This document shows positions 51,096-63,543 of a stretch of DNA of 64,000 nucleotides, piece by piece (within the stretch, counting starts at the first letter, position 1; the number at the start of each line of letters is the position of its first letter). The notes under the pieces were generated by a model. It was not told where the DNA came from. It made no database searches and saw nothing but the letters and a program-made list of their open reading frames with translations. The position numbers and the translations under genes were made by a program. Source of the DNA: Felis catus (taxonomy: Eukaryota); NCBI RefSeq assembly GCF_018350175.1, contig NC_058368.1, forward strand, positions 8,246,001 through 8,310,000, in the 5' to 3' direction.

Positions 51096-51686
51096 TGAGA
51101 GATTAGAGCGAGGAGAGAAGCAAACATTCGCTCCTGGCCGCAGAGCAGAGAGCCCTGAGCCACAGGAAGTCGGCCCGAGCTAATCACCTTACCCTTTCAG
51201 CCGTCAGCCTGTTTGGCATTGTCATCAGTCAGACTGAATCCTCGTTTTGAGGTCTAAAAGTGTGCTTTATCCTTTCTCTGGGGTTATAGAAGGCAAAAGA
51301 GATTGGCATAGATAGTGCGTAACTCAAGAGTCTCGTCGGAGACAACCGTGTTCCCAGTTGACAGAAATCCAGGCCCGACGGACGACCTCCTCCTTTCGGG
51401 GATGGACGGCGTCACGAGTTTGTCCCTCTCGTGACGAGCTCTCATTTTTCTCCCCATCTTCCTGGGCCTGCCGGGTGTTTAATTTCACAAAAAGTGCTAG
51501 TTAAACTTTATCAGGAGTGAAAGTTCGTTTTGCCCCAGCGTTCTGGCACAGAGAACACCAGGGCTGCGGGAAATTCAGTGAGTCAAAGATGGACGCCAAA
51601 GTCATTAAGCCCTCGTTAGCCAAATGCTAACTTCTGCCAGGGCTGAGTTTTTGCCTTTCACCTGATTATCTTCATTAAGGACCACG

Positions 51687-51687
<1 letters not shown>

Positions 51688-51734
<47 letters not shown>

Positions 51735-51750
51735 CATTGCTATTATTATT
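51688..51750. repeat. (ATT)n microsatellite
   Basis: Direct reading. Confidence 0.95.
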
Positions 51751-52089
51751 AAGAATCATGTTTTATTAAGTGTCACAGGGTTGTTTGCAAAATAGATTCA
51801 AGTTTCTCCTCAGCCTGAAGTCCCCCTCGGCCACTCCCTCTGAGACCTCAGGGCCCACAAACTTCCGGCACCCCCAGGATTCAGTTGCAAGTTCTTCAAC
51901 CTAGAGCTGCACAGTATGTTTCCGTTGTCCTTGTCTCTCTCTCTCTCTCTCTCTTCATTGGCGACTACCAGTCTGTTCTGTGTAGGCACCAACCCACTGA
52001 ACCTATCACAGGCCTTTAGTCTGAGGTCTCAAAGTTCAAGGGGACCCTTTTTGGTAGTCACGAGGTGCTGATTCTGACCTGGACCTGGT

Positions 52090-52443
52090 GGTCATGTGGG
52101 CTGGACCTAAATAAACAGTCCAGTCCTCTCCCTTTCTGGGCCCGTGGTAAGTTGGTTATCTCTTTTAAAGTTAGGCACATCGCGTGACCTGTGCTGGCCA
52201 ATGAAACGTGGGTGGCGGTTGTATGCCACTCCCAGGAGGCGACATTAAGAGTTTGTGCACAATTCTGTTCCCATTCTCCTAGTATCACGGAAGCATTTCC
52301 CTGGAGGGATCCTCCAGCAACCCAGCAGGCTGGGCCCCTGGATGGTTACACTAAGAAGAACACCCCCATCACCACATCCTATAATCCATACTGCACATGT
52401 AGTATGAGCTACAAATAGACCTTTGCTGTGCTAAGCCATTGAG

Positions 52444-52476
<33 letters not shown>

Positions 52477-52557
52477 TGTTTGTCTGTCTGTGTGTATTTG
52501 GGAGGGGGGAACGTGACTGCTCCACTAGCCTAACCCATTCTATCCTGATTGATCCAC
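52090..52557 (+). mobile_element. MaLR LTR (MLT1J-like) containing a (GT)n tract
   Basis: tgctggccaatgaaacgtgggtgg; aaatagacctttgctgtgctaagccattgag; ctatcctgattgatcca terminus. Confidence 0.65.
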
Positions 52558-53798
52558 TGGCGTTCGGCTGATAGTGTAATACATCACCCACAAGTGCACA
52601 ACTGTAGCAAAGCAGCTTCTGGGGATGGTCTTCATTTTCTGTTGTAAGATAGGAGGTGGGAAGGAGGGTCCGGTTCCTTCAAGTTGAAGGAAACCGTTCT
52701 CACAACCGCCACCCAGAATCACCGGCTCCGATCGCTGGCACCAACAGCTGGCTCCCAGTTCAGCCAAGAGCCGAGATGACTTGTAAGGACTTCATGAATA
52801 TTCGTTTCTCAAAAAAATTAGCTTTCACTGTCTGCAATGCACTCCTGTTCATTCTTCCAACACCTCTCTCAAGGTCACATCTGTAATGGATGCAGCTGTT
52901 GGGGGACAGACACATGTAGTAAATCATAGGGTCAGATACACTCTTCTCTCGAAGGAAGATGAAGTCAAGTGCCCTGGAGTAAATTTCTTTTTTTTTTTTT
53001 TCTTTTGTGGTGGGAGGAATTAGGTATTACCACCTGATTATTTTACTGTTTCTATTCCACTCAGTAATTAATTTGGGGGCCCTGGTCGGCACAGAAGCTC
53101 AGGTCCTGCTTTGCTTCTCTCTCACCAATGGCCTGGTGCTTCTTTGACTTCGTGACCGCCTCCCCCCACCCCCCCCCCCCCGCCCCGAATCTTTCACACG
53201 TCACTTGGGCTGGCATTACCAGTAGCTGATAATGCAAAACCTTGTCATCTTGTGGGCATTCCCTGCCACGTTGTTCTTCAGTCCTTCCTGAGTTTGAAAT
53301 GAATGTGAACGAAGAAAGCATTCTTGCTGTGCTGTCAGTCGCTGGCTTATTTCTACGGGGTGCAATTCCGAAACGCAATTCTTTGAACGCAATTTCTTTT
53401 TCTACACGAGGGGTCGTGTTAGGAAGTGATTACGATTTGGGCTTCTGAGCTCAGATTGCCCGGGTCTCAATTCCACTGTGGCCCTCAACCAGCTGGGTGG
53501 CCTTGGGCAGCTTACTGGGCCTCTCTGTGCCCTAGTGCCCCATCTGTAATATGGGATTACAACCTTGCAGCTTTCATTGGCTAGTGTTGTGAGCATTAAA
53601 TGAGTTAACACCTTAAGAGTGCTTCTTAGCAAGTGCTTACAAGCGCCAGCACCCCCAACGGCCCGGAAAGGAGGTAACGTGGCCCAGCTGAGTGCAGGCC
53701 GTGGTGGAGACCACCTCTGTGGTCTTAGACAAGGTAGTGACCTCTCTGTGCTTCAGTTTTCTCAACTGTCAAGTGCGGCTATCGTAGGACCGACCGTA

Positions 53799-54023
53799 GG
53801 GGCACCTGGGTGGCTCAGTTGGTTAAGTGTCTGACTCTTGACTTCAGCTCAGGCCATGCTCTCATGGTTCATGAGTTCGAGCCCTGCATCAGGACTCTGT
53901 GAGCACACAGAGCCTGCTGGGGGTTTTTTCTCCCTCTCTCTCTCTGCCCCTCTCCCGCTTGCTTGCTCTCTCTCTCTCTCTCTCTCTCTCTCAGAAGAAA
54001 TAAAAATTACACATAAAAAAAAA
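53799..54023 (+). mobile_element. Can-SINE inserted in MIR sequence (MIR pieces ~53430-53640 and ~53700-54140)
   Basis: ggggcacctgggtggctcag head; diverged TSD gtaggaccgaccgtag / gtagtacctaccatag; MIR core ctctctgtgcttcagttttctcaactgt. Confidence 0.88.
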
Positions 54024-55744
54024 GTAGTACCTACCATAGAGCACTTTTGTGAGACTAAAATGAAACAGTACAGGTAAAGGTCCTTGCCAATGGTTCTGGG
54101 ACATCCAAAATGCTCCATAAATACTAGTTAGTTCACTACTATGATTGTTATTTTTAAAAATTCTTTCTAATTCTCAGCATTAAAAACAAATTTGCCACCT
54201 CCTTCCCAAACATTCTACGCTTCCCTCTTCTTTTGGCGGCATTTATTTAATAGCCTGAGAAGATTGAATTCCTGGTATTGCCTAGTTTTTCTTTGATGGG
54301 GTAGTTTCTTTGATCCAGGGGGTGCAGTGTTTATGCTGGCTGTCAACGGGGCAACGCCCAGGAATTATTTTTTAGAATGATCTAATGTAGTTTCCAGAAA
54401 TTCTCCAAAAGACAAACATTTTTCGGGGCAAAATACATTTGAGGCGGCCATTGGTCCTTTCACACACCTTATAACCCATCTCGCAGATGCTAACATTTTC
54501 CTGCACGCCCTGACCCTCTGCCAGAAGTCGCAGGGCTCTGACATCTAAGACGAGAATTGTTTGGGTTAATTCAGTACATTTTTGGTTGTTGTTGTTCCGA
54601 GGTATATTTTACACTGGAAGTTTAAAAAAATTATCTTGTATCTTGTATTTAGACTACAGTGGCTTGTTTTTCTATCCTATGTATTTATAAAGGTCTGTTT
54701 CCTACTTTATTTTACAGTTATCAAAAGAACATTGCAAGGTTTCTTTTGTGAAACCTCCAAATGTTTCCGAATTTGGCAGGCATTATTAACCATTCCTTCA
54801 CACCTCTGAGAAACTCCACCTTTGTCTCACTTCTTCTATGGAAAAGGTCTCTAAAAATATCTACAGGTATGGAAATAAAATTATTAGGAGGAAAATAGCA
54901 TCTTTTTTTTTTAATCTCTTAACTATCACAAACATAAAATCACATTTCTTGGTTTAAGGGGAGTACTAATTTTACTTCTCTCAAAATACTAGCGCTAAGT
55001 CTATTCAGGAAGAATGCTGAATCTCAGGTATATTCAGAAACCAACACTCCTACGTGGGAAGGCGTTTACTCTGTTCTCACTTTCAGGGAAGAGCTGAGCC
55101 ATTGCCTGGCTGCACCCATTTGCCTAGAGTTTAGAAGAGAGCCCCGTGCTGGCAAAAGATCAGCATGGACCCTCTGGCCACGGGCGACCTCGCTAGTGAC
55201 TGGACAGGGCCCCTTTGCAATACCAGCAACGTATTCAAAGCTTCGGACAAATATAAAAATCACGAAGAAAGCCTGATGGTTTCCCGGCGAGACATTGCCT
55301 CTGTTGCAGGCCTGGCAGGATTCGTCAGAAGGGGGCCGGGGAAGAGAAGGTACCAGACAAGCTGGGTTTATTGGGATCGGAATAGGCGGGGCATGCTGGG
55401 GACTCAAGGGGAACGGATATCTATCTAAGGAGCATACGGGGAAAATATGGAGAAAGAGAGACATCCGAGTGATCTACATCCAGGGGAAGGGTGGAACCCC
55501 TTAAATGCCATGGGAAGTCCGCTTTAGCTGAACACGAGGGGAAGGAGGAGGTAATCTTAAAAAGGAAGCATAGTGTATATATAGTTGCAGCTAGCGTATT
55601 TTAACTGAGTAATTTGGTGTTTGGGAAGATGGAAACACTGTGCCTGGAAAGGAAGCCACATCTCTTTGCAACCGCGTTGGAGCTGTACCCCACCCCCCAC
55701 CCCCCTTGCCCAGCCTGCTGCCCACAGGGGCCTGCCCAGAGGGT

Positions 55745-55779
55745 TGCTGTTCCAGCACGCTTCCACCAGGGGGCACTGT
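55745..55779 (+). promoter_or_regulatory. Predicted CTCF site (core plus upstream module)
   Basis: CCACCAGGGGGCAC at 55763-55776 and TGCTGTTCC at 55745-55753. Confidence 0.7.
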
Positions 55780-58070
55780 GGTCCACGCAAAACCACTCTA
55801 CTCTGGCCACGGTCCTTCCGGTGCAGCTCTGAACTAGATGGAATCGTGTGAGAATGGCTTGACTTCAAGGGCTGGGGCCACAGTGCTCAGTGGCTTAACT
55901 GGAAGTCCTCTCCCGTGCCCCCAGGAGGCGTCTCCTGCAGTGTGTGCAGGGCCCAGCTGTGCTTTTTCCGCGGGAGAGCGGAGCCCAGTGGTGAAACACG
56001 CATGGGCATGAGTAAATACCCTTGGCCACCTGCCTCATTCCTGCCATCTGCTTCTTGGTCTCCAAATGGCTGGCCTGCACTCCCTCCTCTCCCCATGCCC
56101 TTTCTTCAAAGTCGCCCCTCCCCTTCCTTTGCGCTGATAACATCTAGTGGGTCAAATTCTATTTTAGCTTTTTACTGACTGGCTGACCCTCCTTGCTGCG
56201 ACAGGGAGAAGTTATTTATTTTTTCTCCGGAAACCTCAACATCTAGGTGGGAAAGGACTGGTTTCCTGGAAGAGTGCTTCTAGAAAGACCACCCCCCTAG
56301 GAAATGTCACAAACTTTTTTATCTAGGTACTTCCTGCTTCCTCAGTTTAAAGTACTCCTTCCCCTGGCCATAGCCTTGTAAAAGAACTTCAAAGGCTCTG
56401 GCCTTCCAGGTTTAGGCTCATAGGCTTTTTTTCTTTGAACTCTTCGTGGTTTACTAGGAATCGGGCATTTAGTTACCCTACAGATTGGTCTGTGGTTATT
56501 AAGGGAACGTGATCGTTAAATTCTGTGCAACCAGCTCTTGTTAATGCGTTTGCATGTATCCGACCACACATACACCTTCTATTGTTCTTGGGGCTGGGGG
56601 CCTCCTGGGAGGACACACACCTCGTTCAGATGTCACCATGAGGTGAAAGCTATGCAGTGCATGATGCTGTCACTTTTAAGTGTAAATATTTAGGTTTATT
56701 TATTTAAACTTGCAAAAACGCTTCACCTTCGCGTGCAAACTTATCATTAGTTCTGTTTCTCCACGGCGCAGCTTAAGTGCTCTGTGCAGTTACTCTCCCA
56801 GAGAGGTGCAGAGGATAAGGGCGTGTAAGAGTGTTAAGATCAGGGAGTTATTTCTTAGACACAGATGTTGTTTTCTTTCTTTTTAAAAACAAAACAGAAC
56901 AAAACTCTCTTTTCTAAAACGAATCCATGTTCTTGGAAGGAACATGTAAAGGAGTTATCCATCATTTAAACCTCCTTATAAATTAGTCTATTAGAGATAG
57001 GAAAGATCTTAAGGAGACGCAAGGCAGCTGAGCCACATGAACTTGGGCAAATGCACGTGACCTCGGGCCTCAGGGTATCGTTTTCCTTGTGGGAAGTGGG
57101 AAGGAGAAACTATTTCAGCCGGTAGTATGAAGATCAAAATCCAAAGGAGATGGGAAACAAATGAACTCTACTGGAATTAAAAAACTTAACATTTTTTTTT
57201 TAAATCCAAAGGAGATGGTTAATGAGACTGTGCTTTATAAAACTCACATGCATGGAACTGTTACGGTCTTGACGGAGGCAGAGGAAAAGAGGCTGCAGGA
57301 GAGGAGGATGAAGGTGGGCTGAGGGGTGGGGCAAATGTCTGGATGGGTGAGCACCCCCGCTGTCAAGAAAGGTGGGAAAAGAACTGAGGAGACCCCGAGG
57401 CAGACTAGCTTACTTCACAACTCTGCACCGTATATGGGTCTGAGGGGTCAAGTCAGGGGCGGTGAGAGGTGATGTTTCCCAGTGAAAACAAGCGTGGGAC
57501 TTCGTGTCAGAAGAACGGACACTGCCAGATGATAACCTTGAAGGCTTGGGGGGAGGTTTCTCAAGCTCTGTATCCCTTAGTTTCTGATCTGTTAATGATG
57601 GGTGATGATGAGTGTTACTTATGGTCAGCATGACATGGGAATCATGGAAAAACCGACTTTATAAATTCTAAAGGACTATGGTTATGATATTGTGGAACAC
57701 TGACCAATGGTTAAGCAGCTCACTCTCTGAAATGAGGCAGTAGCATCCAATCTTACTAATAGCCATTGTATTCTTCACAACCATATACTTCTGACACAAA
57801 AAATGCCCGTTTCACTTGAGGATGTCCCCAGCGGAGCAGCAAAAGTTAAATTTATTAAACATCAGCCCTTGACCACCTGTCTTTTTAATATTCCCTGTGA
57901 TGAAACAGAAGTACATTTAAAGCCTTTCTACTGTGCGCTGAAGTGTGATGGTGAAGTGCTTCAATTGTTTGAGATATGAGCTCAACCAGCTACTTTTTTT
58001 CCTTGGGGGACACCAGTGTTATTTGAAGAACGCTTAACAGTCTAATTGAATACCAGAATAGTTCATATTC

Positions 58071-58258
58071 TTTTTTTTCTTTGAGAGAGACAGAGACAGA
58101 GGCAGAGACAGAGAGAAGGGGAGGGACAGAGGGAGAGAGGAAGAGAATCTTAAGTAGGCTCCGTGCTGAGCATGGGCTTGATTCCACAGCCCTGGGATCA
58201 TGACATGATCCGAAATTAAGACTCAGATGCTCAACCAACTGAGCCACCCAGGCGCCCC
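58071..58258 (-). mobile_element. Can-SINE inside Charlie1
   Basis: Flanks agaatagttcatat / agaatatttcatat. Confidence 0.9.
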
Positions 58259-58327
58259 AGAATATTTCATATGCTTGAAAAGGGATAGTGAGGCTTTCAT
58301 CTCAAAGCAAACAACGGACAGTATTTG

Positions 58328-60783
58328 TAGTGTGAATAGTGCTGCAGTGAATATATTTTTTCAAAATCTTATTTTCAATTTTTTTGGAGGTATACCCAGA
58401 AATGGAATGCTGGATCACATGGTAATTCTGTTTTTAATTTCTTGAGGAGCCACTATACTATTTTACATCATGGTCGCACCATTTTGCATTCCTGCCAGCA
58501 TGAACAAGTGTTCCAGTGTCTTCACATTCTTGGCCAACACTTATTTTCCATTTATTTTTTTGATAGTGACCATCCTAATGGATGTGAGGTGGTATCTCAT
58601 TGTGGTTTTGATTTGCATTTTCCTGATGATGAGGTGATGTTGACTACTTTTTCATATGCTTGTCGGCCATTTGTATATTATCTTTGGAGAAATGTCTACT
58701 CAAGTCCTTTGCACATTTTAAAATTTGGTCTCTTGTTTTTATGTTGTTGAATTGTGGGAGTTCTTTTATGTGTTCTGGTTGGTAACCCCTTGTCAGATAC
58801 ATGGTTTGCAAATATTTTCTCCCATTCAACAAGTTGTCTTTTCACTCTGTTGATTGTTGATTGCTGCTCTTGACACACAGAAGCTTTAAGGTTTGATGTA
58901 GTTCCATTTACCTTTGTTTTTGTTTTTGGGTTTTTTTTTTTTTTTTTTTTTTGCTTTTATTGCTCATGCTTTTGGTTTCATATCCAAGTCCAATGTCATG
59001 AGGCTTTTTAAATTTGTTTTCTTTACCCTATGTTTTCTTCTGGGAGTTTTTTGGTTTCAGATTTTATATTTAGTTCCTTAATCAATCTTGAGTTAATTTT
59101 TGTGGATGATATAAGCTAAAGATCCAGCTTTATTTATTTTAATTTTTTGGCATGTGAGTGTCCAATTTTCTCAACCTCATTTGTTGAAGAAACTATCCTT
59201 TCTGCATTGTTGAAGATCAGATATATGGGCTTATTTCTGGGCTCTCTATTCTATTCTATTAGTCTATATGTCTGTCTTTATGTCAACTCCATACTATTTT
59301 GATTAATGTATCTTTGTAATATTTTGAAATCAGGAAGTATGAGTCCTCCTGCTTTTTTTTTTTTTTTTACCCTCAAGATTGTTTTTGTTATTTGGGATCC
59401 TTTGAGATTCCATATGAATTTTAGGAATTTTTTTCCTATTTCTGCAAAAAAAAAACATTTAGATTTTGATAAGGATTGCATTGAACTGTAGATTGCTTTG
59501 GGTAGTACAGACATTTTAACAATATTAAGTTATCTAATCCAGGAACATAGAATGTATTTCCATTAATTCATGTCTTTTTAAATTTCTTCCAGTATTGTTT
59601 TCACTTTTTAGTGTACGAGTCTTTTATGTTCTTGTTTAAATTTACTCATACATGTTTTATTCTTTTTGATGCTATTGTAAATGGGATTGTTTTCTTAATT
59701 TCTGTTTGAGTTGTTCATTAGTGTATACAAATGTATAGAAATGTTAGTGTATAGAAATCCAAGGAATTTTTGCATGTTGATTTTGTATCCTGCAACTTTG
59801 CTGAATCTGTTTATTAGTTTTTTTTAAATGTTTATTTATTTTTGAGAGACACAGAGAGAGTCAGAGCATGAGAGGGGGAGGGCCAGAGAGAGAGGGAGAC
59901 ACAGAATCCGAAGCAGGCTCCAGGCTTTGAGCTGTCAGCACAGAGACCGATGCAGGGCTCGAACTCACGAGCCATGAGATCATGAGCTGAGCCAAAGTCA
60001 GATGCTTAACTGACTGAGCCACACAGGTGCCCCTGTTTATTACTTTTAACAGGTGTGTTGTGGGTTTCCTATATTAAGGTCATATTATTTGCAAACACAG
60101 ATGATTTTACTTTTTCCTTTCTAACTTGGATGATTTTTACTTCTTTTTCTTGTCTAATTGCTTTGGCAGGGACATCTAGTATTGTGTTGAATAGAAGCAG
60201 CAAGAATGAGCATCTTTGCCTCGTTCATGATCTTAGAGAGAAAGCTTTTAGTTTTTTTGCCAGTGAGTATGACATTACCTGTGGGATTTCCATATATGGA
60301 ACGGAATTATGTGGGGGTTATTCATTATGTGGAGGTAATTTCCTCTCTTCAGAGTTTGTTGAGTGTTTTTATCATGATAGGCTGTTGGATTTTGTCATAT
60401 GCTTTTTCTGTATTAGTTGAGATGTTTGTGTGGTTTTTATTCTTCATTCTGATAATGTGGTGTGTTACAGTGATTGATTTTACCATCTTTGCATTCCAGG
60501 AATAAATCCCACTTGGTCATGGTATATTATCTTTTAAATGTGTGTTGAATTTGTTTTGCTAGTATTTTGTTGAAGATTTTTGCATCAATATTCATCATAG
60601 ATACTGATCTGTAGTTTCCTTATTGTAGTATCTTTGTTGGATCTTGTTATGGTAATGCTGGCCTCGTAAAATTAGTTTGGAAATATTCTCTCCTTTTTAT
60701 TTATTTTTTTTTGAGAAGGACTGGTGTTAATTTTTCTTTAAATGTTTGATGGAATCCTCTAGTGAAGCCATCTGGCCCTGGGC
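58328..60783 (-). mobile_element. Old L1 ORF2 fragment inside Charlie1
   Basis: ORF2 remnants ([23 protein letters not shown]...AGGLILPDFK); the 3' terminus is missing. Confidence 0.9.
59822..60032 (-). mobile_element. SINEC_Fc-like SINE inside the L1
   Basis: TSD ctgtttattagtttt / ctgtttattactttt. Confidence 0.94.
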
Positions 60784-60799
60784 CAATGTGATTTTAGAG

Positions 60800-60996
60800 A
60801 TTTTTTTTTAAAGTTTATTTTATTTTGAGACAGAGAGAGAGAGAGCAGGGGAGGGGCAGAGAGAGGGGGAGATAGAGATTCCCAAGCACGCTCCACACTG
60901 TCAGCACAGAGAGGTCTCAATCCAAGACCCTGGGATCATGACCTGAGCCGAAATCAAGAGTCAATCACTCAACTAACTAAGCCACCAGGTGCCCCC
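60800..60996 (-). mobile_element. Can-SINE
   Basis: Reverse Can-SINE; flanks caatgtgatttt / cagtgtgatttt. Confidence 0.9.
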
Positions 60997-61749
60997 CAGT
61001 GTGATTTTTTAAATTATTTAATAAATATGTCTACATTTGAAGGATCTCTATTACTAGTGAACCCAAAATTTCCAACTGACCAATGCATGATATTATAAAA
61101 TCATGCCTGAGTAAAAGTGCCATTCAAAGTGTAAGACAGACTAATGGATTTTAATGTAACAGTATGAAAATTTCACTGAGTAGTTTCAAACTCTACAATG
61201 TAACTAATCCTTTGTCATGTTTTGCTGTAGTGTCAAAGAAAATGTCAATAACTGTCTGAAAAGATGATCAAAATACTCATCACTTTATTACTACATATTT
61301 GTATGAGTCTGGATTTTCTTCATATACCTCAACCAAAACTAAATATCACAACAGATTGTGACAACAAAAAATTGTGATGAAGAAGGCATCTTTGTGCTCT
61401 TTGAGGAGTTGGTCTAAATGACCTCTAAAAAGTCTTCCATTTCAGTCCCTAAATTCTAAGATCTCAACTTTTTTAAAGCGAGATATTTTAAAGTCTTGCC
61501 TAAAAAAAGTTGCCAAATAGAAACCAACAACTTGTTCTCATCCTTCTGTAAAACAACATGGCTGTCTGTGTGTGTGTGCGTACCCATTCGTTCTTTGTCC
61601 TGTTAATCTTATTACTAGGAATATGGTCTGCAGAAAAAGATTCTAAGGAATAATAAAATACAAAAAGGCAATTTATGCAAATATGTCTATCATAGCACAA
61701 TTCATGGTGGTAAAAACTTGAAGCAGCCTAATTAACCGATGCATAGCAA

Positions 61750-61824
61750 GGAGGGCACCTGTTGGGATGAGCACTGGGTGTTTTGTGGAAACCAATTTGA
61801 CAATAAATTTCATATTAAAAAAAA
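61750..61824 (+). mobile_element. Very short 5'-truncated L1 3' end with 17-bp TSD
   Basis: ggagggcacctgttgggatgagcactgggtg...aataaa...A tail; taaccgatgcatagcaa (61733-61749) / taaccaatgcatagcaa (61825-61841). Confidence 0.88.
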
Positions 61825-63346
61825 TAACCAATGCATAGCAAATGTTAACCAAACAATGGTACATCGACATAATAAAACTCTCTGTGATGACTTATGTTGC
61901 AAGTATATAGATTACAGTCAGTAAAAAATGAGTCCCTGCCTAGTTTATAGTATAAACCATTGATTATAGCTCTATAAAAATTCAGGTTTCAATATCGACC
62001 AGAAATAGAAATATTTTAGTTGAGTATGTTGTTTTCCTATAAAATGGTTGTATGCACGTTGATATTTATAAATGATAGACAATCGCTGCAAGAATATTCA
62101 GGTCTGGATACCAGAAGGCCAGTTCTGGACACAGACAGGCCAGGATGAGCCATTTTAATGGTGGTGGAAACCTCTTTGGGTACTCCCATCCCCTCTCTGG
62201 CCTCCCATCTTCTCGTAGTCTAGTCAGGAGAAGAGGGAAGTGGGTAGGGCAGGGCAGTTGTGGGGGTACCCTAGGCAAAAGAATTTACTGGGGGTCTGTG
62301 AGGAGCACCAGCCGAAGTTGGAGTACCAGCTGGGGATGCCTGGTTGACTTGGCAATATGTCATACCTCATCTGGTCTCCTTGGTTATTCCTGGATTGGCA
62401 GGGCCTAGGACTTTGCAACCCAGCCCAGTTAGATTTGCCACACATTTATTGAGTGTCTACTGTGTGCCAGGTACTTCACTAGGCCCTCTGGGGCCAAAGG
62501 CTGTTCTTCTCAATCTGGAAGAACTTAACCACACTCCAGGTAATCTCCACCAGGCATGAAGTGAATGGGCAGTGATATTTTAGATACTTGACAATAAAAC
62601 ATACTGTTAACCTTACTAGTGAATAGGTTTCATGACTTCGGGGCAGTTGTTGACTAGAACTGCTCATTAGTGGCCTGACATTTACGTGTCAATGGTTCAT
62701 TCTGTTCCAGAGTACCGTGGACTGTAGGGGTTGAGGAGCCTCGGGAGGAAGGAAAAGAGACCAAAGCAAAACAAAGCAACAACAACACAAACAGGGTAAC
62801 TTAGTCGTAAATTATATGACTTTTTTTGAAAAAGACGTGAAAGAAAAGAATTCTCCTTCTGAAGATAAATGTGGTGCTTTGTCTCAAAATTGTTATTTCT
62901 TCCTGGTAACAAAATAAAGTTAGGGCCAGATGAAACTATCCTCAGGGTCATTTCCAGGAGCCCAAGAATAGATATAAAAGAGTGGAAGCATGTGGGACAA
63001 GGAGAGAGGTCTAAATTTGAGGCGTTTTTTTCACTTGTTTGGTTCCTTATTTGTCAAATACTATTTGCCTCACTGGATTACCATGAGGATACATAAAATG
63101 GTTCCGTGAACTGTAAAGTAGAACAAAAACGTAAGACGCCGTTTCCTTTATTGTTAGTACAGAATATTCCATAGACTTGGATTTTGCAATAAATGAGAAT
63201 TATACCTGTCACGTATAATTTTCGATTTGAGTGGCGATTTTCTATAGAAGACTTTCTGGGTCTAGTAATAAGATGCAAAGGTTTAAATTATTGTGTTTTT
63301 TTTTCTTTTTAAAAAATATATCTTTTACAAAATTTATCTTTTAAAA

Positions 63347-63543
63347 AATTTTTAATGTTTACTTATTTTTGAGAGGGAGAGAGTTCAAGCAGGGGAGGGC
63401 CAGAGAGAGAGGGAGACAGAGAATCCAAAGCAGGCTCTGCACTGTCAGCACAAAGCCCCACGTGGGGCTCTAACCCATGAACCATGAGATCATGACCTGA
63501 GCCAAAGTTGGACGCTCAATAGACTCAGCCACCCAGGTGCCCC
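63347..63543 (-). mobile_element. Can-SINE
   Basis: Reverse Can-SINE ending ctcagccacccaggtgcccc. Confidence 0.92.

Larger units (their letters stand above)
57750..61360 (+). mobile_element. Charlie1-like hAT DNA transposon fossil split into ~57750-58327 and ~60785-61360
   Basis: Matches recalled Charlie1 transposase DNA (atgcccgtttcacttgaggatgtcc...tgtctttttaatattccctgtgatgaaa; gtgaacccaaaatttccaactgaccaatgcatgat...ggattttcttcatatacctcaaccaaaa). Confidence 0.75.

Noticed and set aside
55165..55428. 87-aa ATG ORF in unique sequence
   Set aside because: No recognisable homology or splice support; length is within chance expectation.
44278..56153. Weaker CTCF-like motifs (~44278, ~45769, ~54312, ~56141)
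   Set aside because: Mismatches at high-information core positions; cannot be supported without PWM scoring or ChIP data.
45104..56735. AhR XRE cores (TNGCGTG at 45104, 50367 reverse, 52180, 56729)
   Set aside because: Scattered, partly within repeats, far from the promoter, and not obviously above chance frequency.
9389..63543. Recurrent short ORFs such as MAQSV... and ...ERQRDTEHE...
   Set aside because: Translations of Can-SINE copies.
6521..63543. tRNA-like A/B-box sequences
   Set aside because: These are heads of tRNA-derived SINEs; I saw no complete cloverleaf tRNA gene.
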